A DNA stretch of 64,000 nt from Fibrobacteria bacterium (GTDB lineage Bacteria > Fibrobacterota > Fibrobacteria > UBA11236 > JADFYW01): positions 76,284 through 140,283 of the forward strand of contig JBNKOC010000027.1 of assembly GCA_050294405.1 (NCBI GenBank), written 5' to 3'. A model generated the notes under the pieces. It was not told the origin of the DNA. It worked only from the letters and a program-made list of their open reading frames with translations, and did no database searches. Within the stretch, counting starts at the first letter, position 1. Each line of letters begins with the position of its first letter. A program made the position numbers and the translations under genes. Positions 59,624-64,000 of this stretch are shown in pieces.

Positions 59624-60101
59624 TTTTTTCTCCTTTCAGAGTCTCTATAAAATCACAATAAATGGTAATGCTCTGAAGCAAAAATGTAAGTGAAATAGCA
59701 ATAGCGAAGGGGTAGAGCGGTATTCTAAAATAGGGCGTGCATTCGCCAGTCTTCCTGACATCCAATCCATACATAAAACAGTGATAAGCAATAAAAAGAA
59801 ACAAAAAAACGCCAATAAACCTGGTAATGCCATTTAACATTTTTTGATTTTTGTAATTTAACTTTTCAGTTAATATGTCCACGATAACCTGGGCTTTTAA
59901 ATGGGTCGCATAGGGAACTGATAAACTAAAAACAAGAAATCCACCATATTGGATTATTTCAACTGAGCCTGTAACAGGATGCCCGATATTTCTTAACACA
60001 ACATCAAAAAGGGTCATAGCTACCATGCAGGCTAAAATAACGCCTGACATGATAAACAACAACCTATCGGCATATATTATGCTTGCCGTAAAACGCTTCA
60101 A
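59616..60101 (-). CDS. dctQ: TRAP transporter small permease
   Basis: Four TM segments, DVVLR, GSVEI, VDIL; TTG start after GGAG; overlaps dctM. Confidence 0.9.
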   Translation of the reverse strand: MKRFTASIIYADRLLFIMSGVILACMVAMTLFDVVLRNIGHPVTGSVEIIQYGGFLVFSLSVPYATHLKAQVIVDILTEKLNYKNQKMLNGITRFIGVFLFLFIAYHCFMYGLDVRKTGECTPYFRIPLYPFAIAISLTFLLQSITIYCDFIETLKGEKNE

Positions 60102-60118
60102 ACAAAATCTCCAGTTGG

Positions 60119-61138
60119 CTATTGTTGCTGCTTTAAGAAATCCTGGGAAAATTTGAGGGCTTCTTCCCCCGGGAGTCCCTTGGATTTGGTCATTTCGATG
60201 TATTCATCTAAAATAGGTTTCATTTTTTCAGCAGTCTCAGCGATTTCTTCATCGGAAACTTCTACAAAATTCACTCCCTTTGAAATGGCAAACTCCTTTG
60301 CCTTATTGTCGAGGGTCACCCAGGTTTCTGCGAATTTTTCATTATAAAGATCATTAAGCTTTTTTATTTCTTTTTGATCCGCAGGAGAAATACGCTCCCA
60401 TTTTTCTTTATTCATTATCACATACATAGACGTCATATAAGACATTCCATAATTTTCTAAAACAGTTTTAACTACTTCACCGATTTTAAAACCCTGTAAA
60501 GCCTCTAAGGGAAACAGGGTTCCCTCAATAATACCCCTGGATAACCCATCATAGGTCTCCCCCACGGTTAAAGTGACAGGAGAAGCCCCCAACGCCTTTA
60601 CAATACTCGCATTTTCCGCGTTGGCTTTGATTCTAAGGCCTTTAATATCCTTTGTTGAGCTAATAGGGTTTTTTGTAAAAATTAATCCCGGGGCGGCGCC
60701 GTGAAGAAACATCACCTCCACATCTTCAAATTCTTTCGGCTTGAATTTTTTGTAATAGGCATTGGCAAGTTTGCTTGCCTGATAGCCATTTTTATATCCA
60801 AGCGGTAACTGCAATACCTCTGAAAGGGGCAGTCTTCCGGGAGAATAAGCCAGCAAACATACTCCTATGTCCACAATTCCTTTAACGGTATTATCGTATA
60901 CCTGCATTGGCGGGCTTAAAGTGCTGGCGGGAAATAAGGACACACTAATTCTTCCTTCTGTTGCTTTTTCAATGTCCTTGCCATATTCTTCCAGCAAGGC
61001 ATAATAGGGATGCACTGAAGGCCAAATTAATGAGAGCCTTAGCTTCATGGGCTTCTCCTCACAACCCATTAGCAACATAGAGGATAGAAGTAGGGATCCA
61101 ATACTGAGAAATGTTGGTAGAGATAGATGTTTTTTCAT
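60119..61138 (-). CDS. dctP: TRAP substrate-binding lipoprotein
   Basis: Lipobox LMGC; ATEGRI, YSPGRLPL..LP, DIKGLRIK, ALGASPV, YDGLSRGIIEG, MNKEKWE. Confidence 0.93.
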   Translation of the reverse strand: MKKHLSLPTFLSIGSLLLSSMLLMGCEEKPMKLRLSLIWPSVHPYYALLEEYGKDIEKATEGRISVSLFPASTLSPPMQVYDNTVKGIVDIGVCLLAYSPGRLPLSEVLQLPLGYKNGYQASKLANAYYKKFKPKEFEDVEVMFLHGAAPGLIFTKNPISSTKDIKGLRIKANAENASIVKALGASPVTLTVGETYDGLSRGIIEGTLFPLEALQGFKIGEVVKTVLENYGMSYMTSMYVIMNKEKWERISPADQKEIKKLNDLYNEKFAETWVTLDNKAKEFAISKGVNFVEVSDEEIAETAEKMKPILDEYIEMTKSKGLPGEEALKFSQDFLKQQQ

Positions 61139-61149
61139 TGGTATGTTCC

Positions 61150-62394
61150 TTAAATGGATGCCTGAAAAGCAAAGCCAAATCTGGTGAGTACGCCTTCTTC
61201 CGTATTTTGAGGAAGGGGATTGCCATCTTCATCATAGGCTGTAAACACATTACCTGCGGTTTTAAGGTAATCAATCACTTTAATGGTGGGAACCAATTTT
61301 AAATTTGGTTTAAGGGCAAACATCAAGCTTGCGAAGTAGGCGAAGGAATCATCTTTACCATCAGGACACAAGGGGGATTTAAAAACTTCATTTTCATCCC
61401 TGTCATAGGCAAATCCAGCATTGATTAGCAAGAATCCCAAATCATACCCCCCACTAGCTGAAAATCCGTAGCCTAGTGTATTTTGTACTTCGGTGGAGGT
61501 ATCTGTTTTAGCAAAATTATTGGCGGCCCCATGGAAAGGTATGTAACTTCCATTTTTGTTGTTATTGGTAAAGATACCCAATTCTCCAGGGTTTTGCCCA
61601 ATAAATCCGCTAATGTTTAAAGAGAGGGAACCAAAATTTCCCTTCATAGCAATACTTCCCACCGCGGCAGTGATGGCCTTGCCATCAAATTTGCTTCTGT
61701 CTTCATCAATATTATAACTTTGGAAAATGCCATGTGCGCCCAGAGTAAAATTTTCTGCGCTGTATATATAGCCCAATGCCATTTTAGGTAAAAAGCTTTC
61801 TGTATTTGATATATTTGTGGAAACACCGCCAGAGAGATTGGAATCAAGGTGGAGTTCTTCATTGTGTATTACAGAACGCATAATTTGAAAATAAGCCCCA
61901 TAGGCGGACACACGCAGCTGGGGTTGGAAAGATTCAAACATGGCCGCATCAGCAAATATTTCACCGTCAGTTACATCATTTCTGTCAATAGCCTGGTAAG
62001 GAGACATATCATATCCTCCCCTCAGTTCTAAGGGCCCCAAGTTGTAAGCCCCATAAAAATAGCGAATTCCAAGCAAAGTGCTTTTGCCATGGCTTGAATA
62101 TGGATAAACGCCAAATTCCGCTTTCATGTATACATTATCTTTTTCACCTTCGATGCCGATAAAAGAGGATGCCGTAGAAGTTACATCCGACTGATAATCA
62201 ATCCTATCCTCTAATAAACCTTCCACCTCATCAATAAGAATAAGTCCCTCACCTAATACAGCCGTTCTATGGCTCCAAGCTGTCCACAAAGTTAAGCTGG
62301 CATAGGGAGTCACATAATCCTCCGCTCTAACAGTTACTGAATTGAATATAAAGGAGCTAATCACCATAGTTAGCATTAACCGGAATTTTGTCAT
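61150..62394 (-). CDS. Outer-membrane porin-like beta-barrel protein
   Basis: Signal peptide ending VRA; amphipathic strands; terminal FGFAFQASI; ATG 62394 after GGAG. Confidence 0.7.
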   Translation of the reverse strand: MTKFRLMLTMVISSFIFNSVTVRAEDYVTPYASLTLWTAWSHRTAVLGEGLILIDEVEGLLEDRIDYQSDVTSTASSFIGIEGEKDNVYMKAEFGVYPYSSHGKSTLLGIRYFYGAYNLGPLELRGGYDMSPYQAIDRNDVTDGEIFADAAMFESFQPQLRVSAYGAYFQIMRSVIHNEELHLDSNLSGGVSTNISNTESFLPKMALGYIYSAENFTLGAHGIFQSYNIDEDRSKFDGKAITAAVGSIAMKGNFGSLSLNISGFIGQNPGELGIFTNNNKNGSYIPFHGAANNFAKTDTSTEVQNTLGYGFSASGGYDLGFLLINAGFAYDRDENEVFKSPLCPDGKDDSFAYFASLMFALKPNLKLVPTIKVIDYLKTAGNVFTAYDEDGNPLPQNTEEGVLTRFGFAFQASI

Positions 62395-62427
62395 AATAAA
62401 TTTCACTCCAAAGAAAAAGGGGGATTT

Positions 62428-62455
62428 AAAAAGCTCCCATAATATTAATGGGAGC
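62428..62455 (-). terminator. Intrinsic terminator-like hairpin between esterase and porin genes
   Basis: Minus strand GCTCCCAT-N7-ATGGGAGC followed by TTTTT. Confidence 0.65.
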
Positions 62456-62483
62456 CCAACTTGCATTTAAGGGTTCCTGTCGC

Positions 62484-63608
62484 TTACCAGAAAAGAACTC
62501 TTTTAACTTGAGCCTGGTCTTCTGTTGTTACCTTTAAGAAATACAATCCAGGTTTAGTAATACTTTCAAAACTGTAATGAGCGGGATTGTAACCTGTTCT
62601 ACGGTTGATAAGATTGCCCTTTACATCATGTACAGTAACTTCATGATTAGCAGCCTCCATGATATGCACTTGCAATTGAGAGAGGTCTGAATTGATTTTT
62701 ATCTTACTGGAAAAGTTTTGCCAATGAACACTAGTGGCGCAATTTCCGTCATCGCTAATATCCTCAACACTGTATCCATTAGATTCCTGGCAGGGAAATG
62801 CCTGGGGATTTTCACTACAGAAATAATTTGAAGCATTTTCTTCTTTACACCCTGAATAAGCGCAGCTTCCGTCATCCTCTTCAGCATCATCCTGATAATT
62901 GGAGGCGAGTGGATCTGTACAACCGGTGGCTGGACTGGCTGAGAACCAATTTGCTTCTTTAATAGCTTTCCAAAAAGCTTCCGCTGTAGCCGTGCCACCC
63001 TGGGAAGTGCAATGGATGCCATCAGAGGTATACTGGTTGTAACGCCCTTCCCATACATCGCGTAAATCCACCAGGGTCACTTCAGGCTCAGTAATGCCTG
63101 CCATAACTTCCGGAACGACTTGAGCCCAAATATCCTGGTTTCGTTTTAAATTTGCCCAATTGCTTCCCTGCGGATCGGGATATATCATCCAAAGGAGTTT
63201 TTCCGTACCGCCTTCTTTCATGGCGGCAAGATAATCAAGCAAAGTTTTTTTGCTGTTTTGAATGGTTGAGCAATTTTCATCTGAACAGTTGCCATTCATC
63301 AGATCGATGCCTGCGCCATCGGAAATAAGGTACTTGGGCTTGGGGTTTACGTTTCTATAAAAACTTAAAATACTGGCAATAGGGGCTCCAGAAACAGAAA
63401 TATCTTTGACACTTTCTCCTGAACCAAGAATGCCATCTGCCCTGGCAAGCCTTGTGAGCTCTGAGGCTATATTTGATGCAGCGAAAAAGGATTCTCCGTT
63501 TGTGACTAAATCATTCCCGCTAATTGTGCCCTGTGCATAGAGGCAAGCTCCAGTAAAAACAAGTCCGCTAAAAAGTTTCGCCTTCCAAAAATGAGTTATT
63601 TTCCTCAT
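62484..63608 (-). CDS. Secreted SGNH hydrolase with Cys-rich repeats and C-terminal sorting-like tail
   Basis: Signal peptide; TNGESF, SVSGA, DGAGID, DGIH blocks; GCTDPLASNY..DDGSC repeat twice; tail VHDVKG..PGLYFLKV..KRVLFW; ATG 63608 after AAGGAG. Confidence 0.8.
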   Translation of the reverse strand: MRKITHFWKAKLFSGLVFTGACLYAQGTISGNDLVTNGESFFAASNIASELTRLARADGILGSGESVKDISVSGAPIASILSFYRNVNPKPKYLISDGAGIDLMNGNCSDENCSTIQNSKKTLLDYLAAMKEGGTEKLLWMIYPDPQGSNWANLKRNQDIWAQVVPEVMAGITEPEVTLVDLRDVWEGRYNQYTSDGIHCTSQGGTATAEAFWKAIKEANWFSASPATGCTDPLASNYQDDAEEDDGSCAYSGCKEENASNYFCSENPQAFPCQESNGYSVEDISDDGNCATSVHWQNFSSKIKINSDLSQLQVHIMEAANHEVTVHDVKGNLINRRTGYNPAHYSFESITKPGLYFLKVTTEDQAQVKRVLFW

Positions 63609-63893
63609 AATAGCTCTCCTTTTGTGAGGCAATATTTTATAATTAAGATCCAAACAAAAAGGTTAGGAGCTGTGCCTCACAATTCATAGCACCTTCGCCT
63701 TTTTCTGCTGCCACCGGTTACTACTGTCCAGGTTGGAACCGGTGGTTTTTAATTAAAACAATAAATACCCGTTCTTATTGTTTTTTGGTCAACTTCCTTC
63801 AATTAAATCCCTACCCCTTAACGACCTTTTTTAGGGTTGGTTTTGAAGAAAATATAACCGCAAAATTTCTTTTTTGCTATACGAAATTTGAAA

Positions 63894-63921
63894 AATATTG
63901 TTGTCAAATGACAACAATATT
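63894..63921. promoter_or_regulatory. Perfect 13-bp palindrome overlapping a minus-strand -10 element
   Basis: AATATTGTTGTCA-AA-TGACAACAATATT; minus-strand TATAAT at 63924-63919. Confidence 0.65.
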
Positions 63922-64000
63922 ATAACTATTAATCACCTTAAATTATTTATTTATAACAACTTATAAAATGTAATATAAATATATTTATTTAAACTTAATT

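Noticed and set aside
62740..62930. Repeated GC..ASNY..DDG.C unit as a DNA repeat
   Set aside because: Protein-level linker repeat; nucleotide copies are divergent.

Overview
Bacterial chromosomal window with about 47 protein genes and no rRNA, tRNA, CRISPR array or transposase that I could see. A fibro-slime domain, many secreted proteins with T9SS-CTD-like tails and a Fibrobacter-like LexA box point to a Fibrobacterota-like polysaccharide degrader (inference). Housekeeping and stress genes: aroB, an orphan mraY, rubrerythrin-rubredoxin-oxyR, monomeric icd, ABC-F, dnaE2-imuB, ppc. Two loci stand out. (1) About 4.3-21.9 kb, with an AT-rich core: a REC-histidine kinase, a START/SRPBCC-PilZ fusion, an acyl-ACP-reductase-like enzyme converging on a TE-less KS-AT-DH-KR-ACP type I PKS, a Ser/Thr kinase-AAA-GAF-histidine kinase, and four minor pilins whose PilX carries PA14 and fibro-slime domains. 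(2) 57.8-63.9 kb: secreted SGNH esterase, porin, TRAP transporter and phenolic acid decarboxylase in one co-oriented run, preceded by a structured leader and a perfect 13-bp palindrome; a candidate hydroxycinnamate release-import-decarboxylation system. The dnaE2 promoter has a LexA box abutting an apparently leaderless ATG and may also control a divergent ~215-nt RNA. All assignments come from reading motifs by eye; no searches or folding programs were run.
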